DNA from: an uncultured Bacteroidota bacterium
GTDB taxonomy: Bacteria; CLD3; SB21
Length of the DNA stretch: 64,000 nt
NCBI GenBank assembly: GCA_964415295.1
Contig: CAYPYN010000005.1
Coordinates: forward strand, 251,321 to 315,320
Direction: 5' to 3'
In this document: one piece after another, positions 26,656 through 35,967 of the stretch
How positions within the stretch are numbered: the first letter of the stretch is position 1
Layout of the letters: each line of letters opens with the position of its first letter
The notes under the pieces: model-generated
Database searches by the model: none
What the model saw: the letters and a program-made list of their open reading frames with translations, nothing else
Told to the model about the DNA's origin: nothing
Position numbers and translations under genes: made by a program

Positions 26656-27462
26656 TTATTGCTTAAATCTCTCCAGCGATGTGGTTGTCAAAAAAGATTT
26701 CTGAAAGAAATCGTCAAGGATCATATTGAACCAGTCCGGGTGTTCATAAACGCCAAAATGCGTGGCGCCGGGCATGACGAATAAGAATCCTCTTGGAATA
26801 TTCTTAAAGATCTCAATAGAATGCCCAAACTGGATCACATCACGGTCTCCCATCATGACCATGAATGGAACGCGAATATTCGACAGATCCGACACGGGAA
26901 TATGCGGTTGTTCTGTAACCAATCGGAATAGTTGCTTATCTTTTCTGGATATGACTTGTTTTTTTATAGTCTCGGCCCAATCGAGTATTTCCGGTATGAT
27001 CGCGGTCGTGTCGGGTCTGAGATTCGCCGCAAAACCCGCCGCTTTCCGTACCTTTTCCGGATAATGGATCGCCAGCAGGAGCGCTAAAATGGCGCCGTCG
27101 CTTTGTCCCCAGATCATGGCCGAATCGATCTTGAGTGTATCCAGCAGATCGTGAATGTCTTTGGCCATCATTTCATACGTCAGCACTGAAATCGTGTCAA
27201 TCGTTTTTCCGTGCGCCCGGCTGTCAATAGCGATTACTTTGTATTTTTTGGAAAAATAGTCAATGCGTTTGCTGTGTCCGGCGATCGAACCCCCGTTCCC
27301 GTGCAGAAAGACCACCGGAGCGCCTTGACCGTAGACCTCATAGTACATCTTGATTCCGTTGATCGTGGCGTATTTTCCAACTTCGGGATTGTTCCCGTAA
27401 GGTGTTTGTGAAAAAATGACTTGTGACCAGGAAAGAACAAGAAATATCCAAAGATTTCTCAT
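26656..27462 (-). CDS. Secreted alpha/beta hydrolase
   Basis: Start MRNLWIF after GGAG; LHGNGGS oxyanion motif, nucleophile elbow GQSDG, GDRD, PGATH. Confidence 0.88.
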   Translation of the reverse strand: MRNLWIFLVLSWSQVIFSQTPYGNNPEVGKYATINGIKMYYEVYGQGAPVVFLHGNGGSIAGHSKRIDYFSKKYKVIAIDSRAHGKTIDTISVLTYEMMAKDIHDLLDTLKIDSAMIWGQSDGAILALLLAIHYPEKVRKAAGFAANLRPDTTAIIPEILDWAETIKKQVISRKDKQLFRLVTEQPHIPVSDLSNIRVPFMVMMGDRDVIQFGHSIEIFKNIPRGFLFVMPGATHFGVYEHPDWFNMILDDFFQKSFLTTTSLERFKQ

Positions 27463-27503
27463 TTGTACTCCTGATGGTGAACTTAATGAGTTGTGTTTCT
27501 GAT

Positions 27504-27529
27504 TACGGGCAAACCTGATGAAAGTTACG
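27504..27529 (-). promoter_or_regulatory. ECF-sigma-type promoter of the alpha/beta hydrolase gene
   Basis: Minus strand CGTAAC-N16-CGTA, 42 nt before ATG 27462. Confidence 0.55.
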
Positions 27530-27608
27530 GCCAATGTTTTCCGCAAGAATCGGGTGGTTTTCAATACCGGATTTTACGATCTTGGCATTGTGAACGAAAG
27601 GAAAAACC

Positions 27609-28469
27609 ATGAATGACCTGTCTCAAGTGTCCGAAGACTACCGGCGTATAGAACGATCGCTGATGTTCCTCGAAAAGAATTTCCGCCGGCAGCCCACGCT
27701 CAAAGAGATCGCCGAGCAGGCGTATCTGAGCGAATACCATTTTCAGCGAATATTCACACGCTGGGTCGGCATCAGTCCGAAACGTTTCCTTCAATTTCTC
27801 ACCAAGGAATACGCAAAGAACCTGCTCGAAGCCTCGCACAATCTCCTCGATGTGACCTACGAATCCGGTCTCAGCAGCCCGGGACGCCTGCACGACCTTT
27901 TTGTGAATTGCGAAGCGGCTACGCCGGGTGAATACAAGAACCGCGGCGAAGGACTGACGGTGGTTTACGGTTTTCATCCCACACCATTTGGAGAATGTCT
28001 GATCGGACTTTCCGCCAAGGGTATCTGTTTCTTTTCATTCGTGATGAAAGAGAACCGAAAACAGGCTTTGGCAGAAATGAAGAGCCGGTGGAACAAAGCG
28101 ATTCTGGTGGAAGATGAAGAGGTGACACGGGCGTCGGTGAACCGGATATTTAATTCAACTGAAAAAGCCCAACCGCTGAATATATTCTTATACGGTACCA
28201 ATTTTCAGATAAAAGTATGGGAAGCTCTTTTAGCCGTGCCGGAAGGAAAAGCGGTTACCTATCAGGATATTGCACAGTGTATTGGGGAACCCAAAGCTTC
28301 TCGTGCTGTGGGCAATGCTGTCGGGCAGAATCCGATCGCCTTTCTTATTCCCTGTCACCGCGTGATCCGCAAGATGGGCGACTTCGGAAATTACCAATGG
28401 GGAACGACACGTAAGAAAATGATCCTCGGCTGGGAGGCGGCGAAAAGTCACGCCGAGGCAGCAGACTGA
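27609..28469 (+). CDS. Ada-like protein: AraC-type HTH plus O6-methylguanine-DNA methyltransferase, without the N-terminal Zn-binding Ada domain
   Basis: PTLKEIA....LS.YHFQRIF..WVGISPKRFL (HTH), GT.FQ.KVW.AL..VP.G...TY..IA...G.P.ASRAVGNA...NP...LIPCHRVI (catalytic Cys). Confidence 0.92.
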   Translation: MNDLSQVSEDYRRIERSLMFLEKNFRRQPTLKEIAEQAYLSEYHFQRIFTRWVGISPKRFLQFLTKEYAKNLLEASHNLLDVTYESGLSSPGRLHDLFVNCEAATPGEYKNRGEGLTVVYGFHPTPFGECLIGLSAKGICFFSFVMKENRKQALAEMKSRWNKAILVEDEEVTRASVNRIFNSTEKAQPLNIFLYGTNFQIKVWEALLAVPEGKAVTYQDIAQCIGEPKASRAVGNAVGQNPIAFLIPCHRVIRKMGDFGNYQWGTTRKKMILGWEAAKSHAEAAD

Positions 28470-28473
28470 TCTT

Positions 28474-29151
28474 TCAATCTTTCACACATCTGACTGAAAC
28501 CACATCCGAAGGATGCCAAGCCTCAAACGCAACAGATGAGCGATCGTATTTAACGGTCATCACGGTTATGGGGCTAGATGAGTTGGTGGTCAGAAAAATC
28601 GCCCAGTCGCCCATTTTCATGAAAACCCCGTCGAATCTGTAAAACCCGGCTGGCAATACGTTCAACAGACTTTCATTGGATGCGCCGGAGTTTGGGGTTG
28701 ACCAATAGTCGGTACCTGTAGATTTCATTTTTCCGCCCGCGGCGGAAACGCCACCAAGATTAGTGATGAGTTCCATCCACTCGGCCTCACTCGGGATATG
28801 CCAGCCTGCCGGGCTTGCGCCTTGAACATTGCTGGGATTTGTGGAGGAAGAACCTGAATTTCTCATAGCGGCAGCCCGTGTGTACAGCCTTCCGAATTTT
28901 GTAACGTTACTGTCATTGTTATCATACACAAGAGTTGATATCGCTGTTCCGTCGCTGTAATGAGTTGTCTTTAGGTTTTCCGCCATCCAAACCTGATTGC
29001 CGATTCTCACGGTTTTGTATGTATTTCCATCGTAATCGGTTATCGGTGTCGATTCTTCGACAATTATCTCAGTGTTGCCTGATTTCTCCCTGTCACAAGA
29101 CATGCACCACGATATGGATCCATAGATCATTAGTATAAACAGAGCTTTCAT
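28474..29151 (-). CDS. Fibrobacter succinogenes major paralogous (FISUMP) domain lipoprotein
   Basis: Lipobox-like CMSC; DYDGNTYKTV.IG.QVWMAENL.....DG, GRLY, P.GWHIPS.AEW..L, AGG.MK..G..YW..PN.GA.N, SVRCVKD. Confidence 0.9.
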   Translation of the reverse strand: MKALFILMIYGSISWCMSCDREKSGNTEIIVEESTPITDYDGNTYKTVRIGNQVWMAENLKTTHYSDGTAISTLVYDNNDSNVTKFGRLYTRAAAMRNSGSSSTNPSNVQGASPAGWHIPSEAEWMELITNLGGVSAAGGKMKSTGTDYWSTPNSGASNESLLNVLPAGFYRFDGVFMKMGDWAIFLTTNSSSPITVMTVKYDRSSVAFEAWHPSDVVSVRCVKD

Positions 29152-29182
29152 TTTGAACTCCTTTTCATTGGACCGATAGGCC

Positions 29183-29668
29183 TCATTCCTGCGCAAATGA
29201 AAAATGCATTTGCACGATCAGCCACTTTCCGTCCCGTTTTTCCAAAACACCTGTCCACCGGGTATTTTCCCAGTTAGCCGGCCGTCCTTTCCACTCATTG
29301 ATATCATCCAGCATGCAAAACCACCACGCAACATCGCCCGATCTTGATATCTCGATCTTCAGGTCCTTTATTTCATAACGAACGGCCTTAAAATCCTTGT
29401 TCATCCAGAAAGTCTCCGCTTTCTGGAATTCGGTGAAACCTCTGACTACATTATTCCCCGGCTGCACTTCGAGATATGTCGTATCATGCACAATAGTACC
29501 GTAGAGCAGCTGCAGATCCTTATTCTTGGCCCAACCGATATTGTTGTGGATCACTTTTTCGATGATGGCGATCTCAGATGCTCTATCAGGGTTATCGGAT
29601 GTTTTCTCAGCGGTGCATGAGAAATACCCGAGCATCAGCATAACGCTCATCATGAGTTTAAACCTCAT
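29183..29668 (-). CDS. SnoaL/NTF2-like (DUF4440) lipoprotein
   Basis: Lipobox YFSC; SGDVAW....LD......G.......RWTGVLEKRDGKWLIVQMHFS. Confidence 0.85.
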   Translation of the reverse strand: MRFKLMMSVMLMLGYFSCTAEKTSDNPDRASEIAIIEKVIHNNIGWAKNKDLQLLYGTIVHDTTYLEVQPGNNVVRGFTEFQKAETFWMNKDFKAVRYEIKDLKIEISRSGDVAWWFCMLDDINEWKGRPANWENTRWTGVLEKRDGKWLIVQMHFSFAQE

Positions 29669-29669
29669 G

Positions 29670-30908
29670 TTATTCCTTTACGCGTTCCAGCGCCGTTTCA
29701 TCCCGTGGAAATTTTTTCAGATACTTTTTGTAGTATTCCCTGGCCTTGCCCTTTTGTCCTTCATTCCAATAGACGTTACCTAATGAATAGAATGCTATGG
29801 ATTCGGCCTCCGTTCCGGGATATTCTTCTATACAAATATTCAAAAATCGGATCGCATCATCGCTCTTACCGGTATAGGCCAAGCGACGGCCGATATATAA
29901 TGCCGTTCGTTCATCGAAGTAGAATTGATCGGACCGATTCTTTTTGAGATCGCGGTAAAGGTTTATGGCGGCTTCACTGCCGTACTGTTTATAAGCCTGA
30001 TGGATCCGGCCGTAGACTTTGGAACGAGCGTCGTCTTTTTTCGGATTGGATATTCCTTTTACCCAATATTCAATCCACGCATTGCGGTCCACATACAATT
30101 CCCACGACGCCCAATCGGCCAGCGCATTTTCGTCCTGAATAACCTGAGCGTTCTTTCCCTTGGCTATTTCCGATCGGATCTTTCCGGATGTTTGGGTCAG
30201 CATGTCGTAAAAGCCTCTGAATTCCTTCATCGAACAATCGTCTCCATGCCCTGGAATAAGCACCACATCTTCCGGAAGGCTATTGATCACACGGGCAACG
30301 GTCTCGGGATATTTCACAATATCGCCCAGTTCCCCGTCGATCGAAGGAAAGTGTTTCCCGTTGCATAGTGCCGCCGTGCAGACGATCTTGGAACCGGTGA
30401 ACCAAACGACGATATCGCTGTTATCATGCGCGCCAGGAAACGCAATGAGCTTGATCTCCTCGCCGTTGAAGTATAGGCTCATCGAATCCGTGAACGTGAG
30501 ATTGGGCAGCGCGCTTTCGGGAAATTCATTGAAGACATACAGCCCGTTGATATAACGGTCGCGCAGATTCCGGTGGCCGATGATCAGCGGACCTTTTCCA
30601 ATAGCCTCGTTACCGCCAAGATGCTCGATGTGCGAATGGGTATTGATGATCACTTTCGGCAATCCCTTGTTAAACGCCTTTAAGGCTCCCGCCAAAGCTT
30701 CGCCGTTTTCACGCTCCCCGCTGTCCACGATAAGCAGGCCGTCCTCCCCGACGGAGGCTATGACTTTGACCGGATAACCGCCGCCATCCGCAGTGAGTTC
30801 GTAGATTTTGTCAGTGAGTTTTTTGGTTTTGTAAACGGTCGTGTCGGCGCCAAGCAGGGAAGAGACCAATAAAAACGAACCGGCGAAGAGGATCATTCGT
30901 TTTTTCAT
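29670..30908 (-). CDS. Secreted MBL-fold metallo-hydrolase-like protein with C-terminal TPR
   Basis: Signal peptide; G.LIVDSG, INTHSHIEHLGGN, AHDNSD, VLIPGHG; TPR-like C-terminus AFYSLGNVYWNEG...AREYYKKYL. Confidence 0.85.
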   Translation of the reverse strand: MKKRMILFAGSFLLVSSLLGADTTVYKTKKLTDKIYELTADGGGYPVKVIASVGEDGLLIVDSGERENGEALAGALKAFNKGLPKVIINTHSHIEHLGGNEAIGKGPLIIGHRNLRDRYINGLYVFNEFPESALPNLTFTDSMSLYFNGEEIKLIAFPGAHDNSDIVVWFTGSKIVCTAALCNGKHFPSIDGELGDIVKYPETVARVINSLPEDVVLIPGHGDDCSMKEFRGFYDMLTQTSGKIRSEIAKGKNAQVIQDENALADWASWELYVDRNAWIEYWVKGISNPKKDDARSKVYGRIHQAYKQYGSEAAINLYRDLKKNRSDQFYFDERTALYIGRRLAYTGKSDDAIRFLNICIEEYPGTEAESIAFYSLGNVYWNEGQKGKAREYYKKYLKKFPRDETALERVKE

Positions 30909-30956
30909 ACGATCTCCTTATGAAGGTATGGGACAAAGAAAGATTGTGAAATATGT

Positions 30957-30982
30957 TACGAGATGAGATCGGCAGGGTTTCA
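30957..30982 (-). promoter_or_regulatory. ECF-sigma-type promoter of the MBL-SnoaL-FISUMP operon
   Basis: Minus strand TGAAAC-N16-CGTA, 49 nt before ATG 30908. Confidence 0.65.
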
Positions 30983-30996
30983 GAAATATTTATCAT

Positions 30997-31029
30997 AAAA
31001 AAACCTCCCGGCCAAAGTCGGGAGGTTTT
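30997..31029 (-). terminator. Intrinsic terminator of the M3 peptidase gene
   Basis: AAAACCTCCCG-gccaaagt-CGGGAGGTTTT stem-loop with a U-run on the minus strand, just downstream of the stop at 31055. Confidence 0.85.
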
Positions 31030-31054
31030 CTTGAAAGAATTATCTTATTAATGT

Positions 31055-33130
31055 TTACAGGCCAAGCGACCTTAAGAACGCGTCCTGGTTCGGCTCACGG
31101 CCAAGAAATTGTTTCACCAGTTCCAGCGGATCTTCCGTTCCGCCTTTAGCGAGAATAATATCGCGGAAGCGTTTGCCGGTCTTCTGATCCATGATGCCGT
31201 TCTTCTCAAAGACCGAGAACATATCCGCAGCGTACACCTCGGCCCAGAGATAGCCGTAATAGCCGGCGGCATACCCGTTGAGATGTCCAAAAGCGGCCTG
31301 GAAATGCGTTCCGTCCACATATTGGAACGGCGTAATTTCGTTCTGCAGACGTTTGACCACATCCGTTGTTGTCTCTTTTCCTTTAGGATCGAATCCGTCG
31401 TGCAGCGTCATGTCCAGCATACCGTAATAGATCTGATAGGCGGCGCCGATCCCGGAGCCGACATTCTTCGCGGCAACCATTTTATCGAAGAGATCTTTGG
31501 GCAGAACTTCCCCGGTTTTATAGTGTTTAGCGAACATCTTCAGCGCATCGTAATTCCATGCCCAATTCTCAAATATCTGGGACGGCGCTTCCACAAAGTC
31601 GCGTGCGACACCCGTGCCGGCATAGGAATAGAGTTCCGACGTCGTCAGCATGTTGTGCAGCACGTGACCGAATTCATGGAAAAAAGTCTCCACCGAAGCG
31701 CTGCCGAGTGAATGATACATCAGGCCCGGTTGATCGGCGGTCGCCTGCGGAAAATTGCAGACCAGGGTAGCCGTCGGGATCTGGTACCCATTGGCCGTAG
31801 CTTTGCCGCGGATCATATTAAAACAAGCCGCGTGATTGTATTTATTGGATCGCGGGTGCAGATCGAGGAAAAAGCGGCCGATAACTTTATCGTTTTGTTT
31901 GACCTCAAATGCGCGGACGTCCTGCTGCCATACGGTGGCGTCTTTGATCTGTACAAATTTCACGTCAAACAGATGCTGAGCGATCTGAAAGAGTCCGTCG
32001 ATCACGTGATCTACCTCAAAATACTCTTTCACAAGATCCTGATCGAGCTGGTATTTTTCTTTCAGCAGAATATTATTGTAGAAGGAACTTTCCCACGGAT
32101 GGACCACTTTGACTGAATTATCTTTCAGGTAATTTCTTTTGGTTGCGAGCAACTCCTGATAGTCCTTTTCTGCTTTGGCTTTGACTTTCGCCAATGTCTT
32201 TTTTTCAAAATCCCAGACATTAGAGGGTTTCTTCGCCATGCGTTCTTCAACCTGATATTGGGCAAAAGTCTTATACCCGAGTAATGTGGCCATTTTCTGA
32301 CGATAGATTAACATTTCATTGAGTACGTCCAGATTCTTGTCAATGGCCCGGTTGTTATATTTGATATAAAGCGCCTTGCGGGCGGCTTCCGACGTCGAGG
32401 ATTTCATAAAACCGGAATACGAAGGATACGACATATCGATCTTGTATTTCCCGTCCTCCTGCCGACGCGCTTTTTTGAAATCTTCCGGACAACCTTCCAT
32501 ATCTTTCTCTTCCACCATCAAAAAATCGTTGGAAGACGCGATATTGTTGCTGAAAGCGATACCGAGTTCGGACAGTTTATCCTGAATGACCTTGAGTTCC
32601 GCGCGTTTCTCTTTGGACAAGGCAAACCCATTGCGTTCGAACCCGCGCACGGTCTCGTCAAGATAACGCTTTTTGTATCCGCTCAGTTTCTTGGCTTCGG
32701 CGCTTTGAGCGTATTCCTTGACCGAGCGGTAAAGCTCCTCGTCGAGCCCCACTTCGTTTTCGAATTTTTCGATCGTTTCAAGCGATGCGCGGGCCTGGTC
32801 GCGGATCGCGGCGTCGGGATGCACATTGGCCATGAGGTAAATATGACTGCCGACATTGGAAAAAATATTGTACATATCGTCGAGCGCCAGTAACGTGTTT
32901 TCATACGTACGCGATTCTTTAGGAACGGCGTAAATGGCTTTGAGGGATTCCTTGGATGACGCAATGATCTGTTCGGACGAGTTTTTAATGTAATCGACGT
33001 TCAGCGTATTGAAATCCATCAACGTGTTGAACGAGCCGAAACGCAGATCGCCCGGATTCCCGTCACCGGCATGACTGACCGGCGGACTCAGAAACAGGCT
33101 CGCGATTAAAATGAAGAAAATCTTTCGCAT
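31055..33130 (-). CDS. Secreted M3A family metallopeptidase (thimet oligopeptidase/neurolysin-like)
   Basis: Signal peptide; FFLDLHPR.NKY.HAA, TFFHEFGHVLH (HExxH), DFVEAPSQ.FENW, GY.AGYYGYLWAEV.AADMF. Confidence 0.93.
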   Translation of the reverse strand: MRKIFFILIASLFLSPPVSHAGDGNPGDLRFGSFNTLMDFNTLNVDYIKNSSEQIIASSKESLKAIYAVPKESRTYENTLLALDDMYNIFSNVGSHIYLMANVHPDAAIRDQARASLETIEKFENEVGLDEELYRSVKEYAQSAEAKKLSGYKKRYLDETVRGFERNGFALSKEKRAELKVIQDKLSELGIAFSNNIASSNDFLMVEEKDMEGCPEDFKKARRQEDGKYKIDMSYPSYSGFMKSSTSEAARKALYIKYNNRAIDKNLDVLNEMLIYRQKMATLLGYKTFAQYQVEERMAKKPSNVWDFEKKTLAKVKAKAEKDYQELLATKRNYLKDNSVKVVHPWESSFYNNILLKEKYQLDQDLVKEYFEVDHVIDGLFQIAQHLFDVKFVQIKDATVWQQDVRAFEVKQNDKVIGRFFLDLHPRSNKYNHAACFNMIRGKATANGYQIPTATLVCNFPQATADQPGLMYHSLGSASVETFFHEFGHVLHNMLTTSELYSYAGTGVARDFVEAPSQIFENWAWNYDALKMFAKHYKTGEVLPKDLFDKMVAAKNVGSGIGAAYQIYYGMLDMTLHDGFDPKGKETTTDVVKRLQNEITPFQYVDGTHFQAAFGHLNGYAAGYYGYLWAEVYAADMFSVFEKNGIMDQKTGKRFRDIILAKGGTEDPLELVKQFLGREPNQDAFLRSLGL

Positions 33131-33196
33131 GGTCTCTCCTTTGAAATAATTAAAAGATGTGATTTTAAAGATTGGTTTGTAAATCGTGAGAATTCA

Positions 33197-33222
33197 TACG
33201 CTTTATCGTTCTATTGGTTTCA
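33197..33222 (-). promoter_or_regulatory. ECF-sigma-type promoter of the M3 peptidase gene
   Basis: Minus strand TGAAAC-N16-CGTA, 67 nt before ATG 33130. Confidence 0.65.
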
Positions 33223-33369
33223 AAAATTCTGCAATTTAGCCATGACCCAAATGGGTCAAAATGAAGCCGTACCTGATGAACCAACAACATTCCACTTGAG
33301 AGAAACGCCTAAAAACCGTATCATTATCGCCGTAAGGAAAGAAGAATCTGCTTAATCCAAAGAGGCTTT

Positions 33370-33864
33370 ATGAAAAAACCACTGGTCGGCGTCGTCATGG
33401 GAAGCAACAGCGATTGGGATGTCATGCAGAAGGCGGTGGAACAGTTGACATATTTCGGTATCCCGCACGAGGCCAAAGTGGTTTCCGCGCACCGAACGCC
33501 GGATCTGCTGTATCAATACGCCGAGACAGCGAAGAAACGCGGCCTGGTTTGTATCATCGCAGGCGCGGGAGGTTCGGCTCACTTACCGGGCATGCTCGCC
33601 GCTAAAACGACTGTACCGGTATTGGGTGTTCCGGTACCGACGCGTCAACTTAAAGGCCTTGATTCGCTGCTATCAATCGTACAGATGCCAAAAGGGGTTC
33701 CGGTCGCCACGTTTGCGGTTGGGGAATCGGGTGCGGCCAATGCGGGACTCTTTGCCGCCGCTTTGATCGCTGAAAAGGATCCGAAGATCGCGAAGAAACT
33801 TGAGAAATTCCGCGCCCAGCAGACGAAAAAAGTGCTCGCTATGAAACTGACGGAGAAAAAATGA
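33370..33864 (+). CDS. purE: N5-CAIR mutase
   Basis: [53 protein letters not shown]. Confidence 0.97.
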   Translation: MKKPLVGVVMGSNSDWDVMQKAVEQLTYFGIPHEAKVVSAHRTPDLLYQYAETAKKRGLVCIIAGAGGSAHLPGMLAAKTTVPVLGVPVPTRQLKGLDSLLSIVQMPKGVPVATFAVGESGAANAGLFAAALIAEKDPKIAKKLEKFRAQQTKKVLAMKLTEKK

Positions 33865-34997
33865 TTTTGCCTGGAGCTACGCTTGGAATGCTCGGGGGGG
33901 GACAACTGGGACGCATGTTCACCGTGGCCGCGCGCACCATGGGTTACCGCGTCATCGTACTCGATCCGGACCCGCACAGTCCCGCCGGCCGTATCGCCGA
34001 CCGCCACATCAATGCGGATTTTATGGATAATGTGGCACTTAGGGAAATGAGCTCCGGTTGCGTTGCGATCACGACGGAGTTTGAGAACGTTCCCGCTGAA
34101 ACCCTGGAGATCCTCTCCAAGACATGTTTCGTACGCCCTTCCGCCAAAGCCGTGTCTATCACGCAGGATCGTATCAATGAAAAAATATTCCTCCAGACGT
34201 ACAAGGTCCCGACCAATAAGTTCGTGCCAATTCATCATGAAGAAGAACTCGCCGGAGCAATGGAATTCATCGGCAAACCGGCTATTCTGAAACGCAGTCG
34301 GCTAGGCTATGACGGCAAGGGCCAGTGGAAAGTTGAAACGGTAGAGGAAGGCGTCGAAGCCTTTCGAAAAATGGGTTCCGCGCCGTGCGTGCTTGAGGAG
34401 ATGCTTCGATTCAAATGCGAAGTGTCTGTCGTGCTTGCCCGCGGCGTTCACGGACATATGGCCACTTATCCGACCGCCGAAAATATTCACACCAATAGCA
34501 TCCTGGATACGACCATCGTTCCGGCAAGAGTATCCGATACCATCAGTGAAAAGGCGCAGAAGATCGCACGAACGATCGCGGAAAAACTGGATTACCACGG
34601 TGTGCTCGCCGTAGAAATGTTCGTCATGCGCGACGGACGGATCCTGGTCAATGAGATCGCCCCGCGCCCGCACAACAGCGGCCATTATACGCTCGATGCG
34701 TGCGCGACCAATCAATTCGAACAGCAGGTTCGTACACTCTGCGGGCTGGAACCCGGTGACACCCGGTTATTAACTCCCGTCGTGATGGTCAACCTGCTCG
34801 GCGATATCTGGGGAAAGACCCAGCCGGCATGGGAACAACTTTTTGAACATCCCAACGTAAAACTTCACCTGTACGGTAAATCCGCTCCCCGCACGGGCCG
34901 GAAAATGGGACATTTTAATGTGTTGAACAAAGACGTAAAAAAAGCGCTTACTCTGGCCAAGACGATTCAGACAAAATTGAGAGCCCACAACTCATAA
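33861..34997 (+). CDS. purK: N5-CAIR synthase (ATP-grasp)
   Basis: [52 protein letters not shown]; ATGA overlap with purE. Confidence 0.97.
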   Translation: MILPGATLGMLGGGQLGRMFTVAARTMGYRVIVLDPDPHSPAGRIADRHINADFMDNVALREMSSGCVAITTEFENVPAETLEILSKTCFVRPSAKAVSITQDRINEKIFLQTYKVPTNKFVPIHHEEELAGAMEFIGKPAILKRSRLGYDGKGQWKVETVEEGVEAFRKMGSAPCVLEEMLRFKCEVSVVLARGVHGHMATYPTAENIHTNSILDTTIVPARVSDTISEKAQKIARTIAEKLDYHGVLAVEMFVMRDGRILVNEIAPRPHNSGHYTLDACATNQFEQQVRTLCGLEPGDTRLLTPVVMVNLLGDIWGKTQPAWEQLFEHPNVKLHLYGKSAPRTGRKMGHFNVLNKDVKKALTLAKTIQTKLRAHNS

Positions 34998-35016
34998 TTT
35001 ATTTTTAGGATGCCTC

Positions 35017-35925
35017 ATGAAAAATCTTTTCCAAATCATTCTTTTAATCTCGCTGATTTTCTCGTGCAAACCCGTAAAAGAAAAGGCCCCTGCGGATCCG
35101 GCTCATGTTAAAGAAATTAACGACTGGCATGCCAAACGCGTTGAACGGCTCAAATCGCCAACGGGGTGGCTAAGTCTGGTCGGGCTGCATTGGCTGAAGG
35201 AAGGGGAAAACAGATTTGGAAGCGATTCTTCAAACCAGCTGGTGTTCCCCCAAAAAGCGGCGGGGTTTTGCGGAAAATTCATTTTGAAGAATGGCAAAGT
35301 CACGATCGAAGTGGCCAAAGGTGTGGAGATCACGCATGATAAAAAGCCGGTTTCCAAAATGGAATTAGAAGACGATACGGATTCCAACCGAACTACTTTG
35401 AACATGGGTTCGTTCCAGTTCTTCGTGATCAAACGCGGGCACGAGTTCGCCATACGCCTCCGTGACACGGAGAATTCGCTGATCAAAGATTTTACCGGAA
35501 TTGAACGGTATCCCGTCGATCCATCTTGGCGCGTGGAAGCTACGTTCGAACCGTACGATCCGCCAAAGATTATCGCCGTGCCTACGATCATGGGTACTAT
35601 CGACTCTTCCATTTGTCCCGGCGCATTGGTATTTGAAATGGAGGGTGAAACTTATCGACTGGAGCCTGTGCTGGAGGACGGTTCGGATGAACTCTTCATC
35701 ATATTCGGCGACAAGACCAATGGGGCCGAAACTTACGGTGGCGGGCGTTTTCTTTATTCAAAAATGCCGTCGGCCGACAACAAAGTGATCGTCGATTTCA
35801 ACAAAGCTTACAACCCGCCCTGCGTTTTTACGGAATTTGCGACTTGCCCTCTTCCCCCGTCTCAGAATAAACTGCCGATCAAAATTCCCGCCGGTGAGAA
35901 AAAATGGGGAAATAAGAAGCATTAG
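35017..35925 (+). CDS. DUF1684 family lipoprotein
   Basis: Lipobox IFSC; L..PTGWLSLVGLHWL, D.T.G.ETYGGGRFLY, DFNKAYNPPC.FT.FATCPLPP.QN.L..I.AGEK. Confidence 0.88.
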   Translation: MKNLFQIILLISLIFSCKPVKEKAPADPAHVKEINDWHAKRVERLKSPTGWLSLVGLHWLKEGENRFGSDSSNQLVFPQKAAGFCGKFILKNGKVTIEVAKGVEITHDKKPVSKMELEDDTDSNRTTLNMGSFQFFVIKRGHEFAIRLRDTENSLIKDFTGIERYPVDPSWRVEATFEPYDPPKIIAVPTIMGTIDSSICPGALVFEMEGETYRLEPVLEDGSDELFIIFGDKTNGAETYGGGRFLYSKMPSADNKVIVDFNKAYNPPCVFTEFATCPLPPSQNKLPIKIPAGEKKWGNKKH

Positions 35926-35967
35926 TGACAAACAAATATGCCGGAATTTCCGGATTGGGATATCTGA

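Noticed and set aside
33222-33369. Purine or ZTP riboswitch upstream of purE
   Set aside because: No matching conserved core or terminator.
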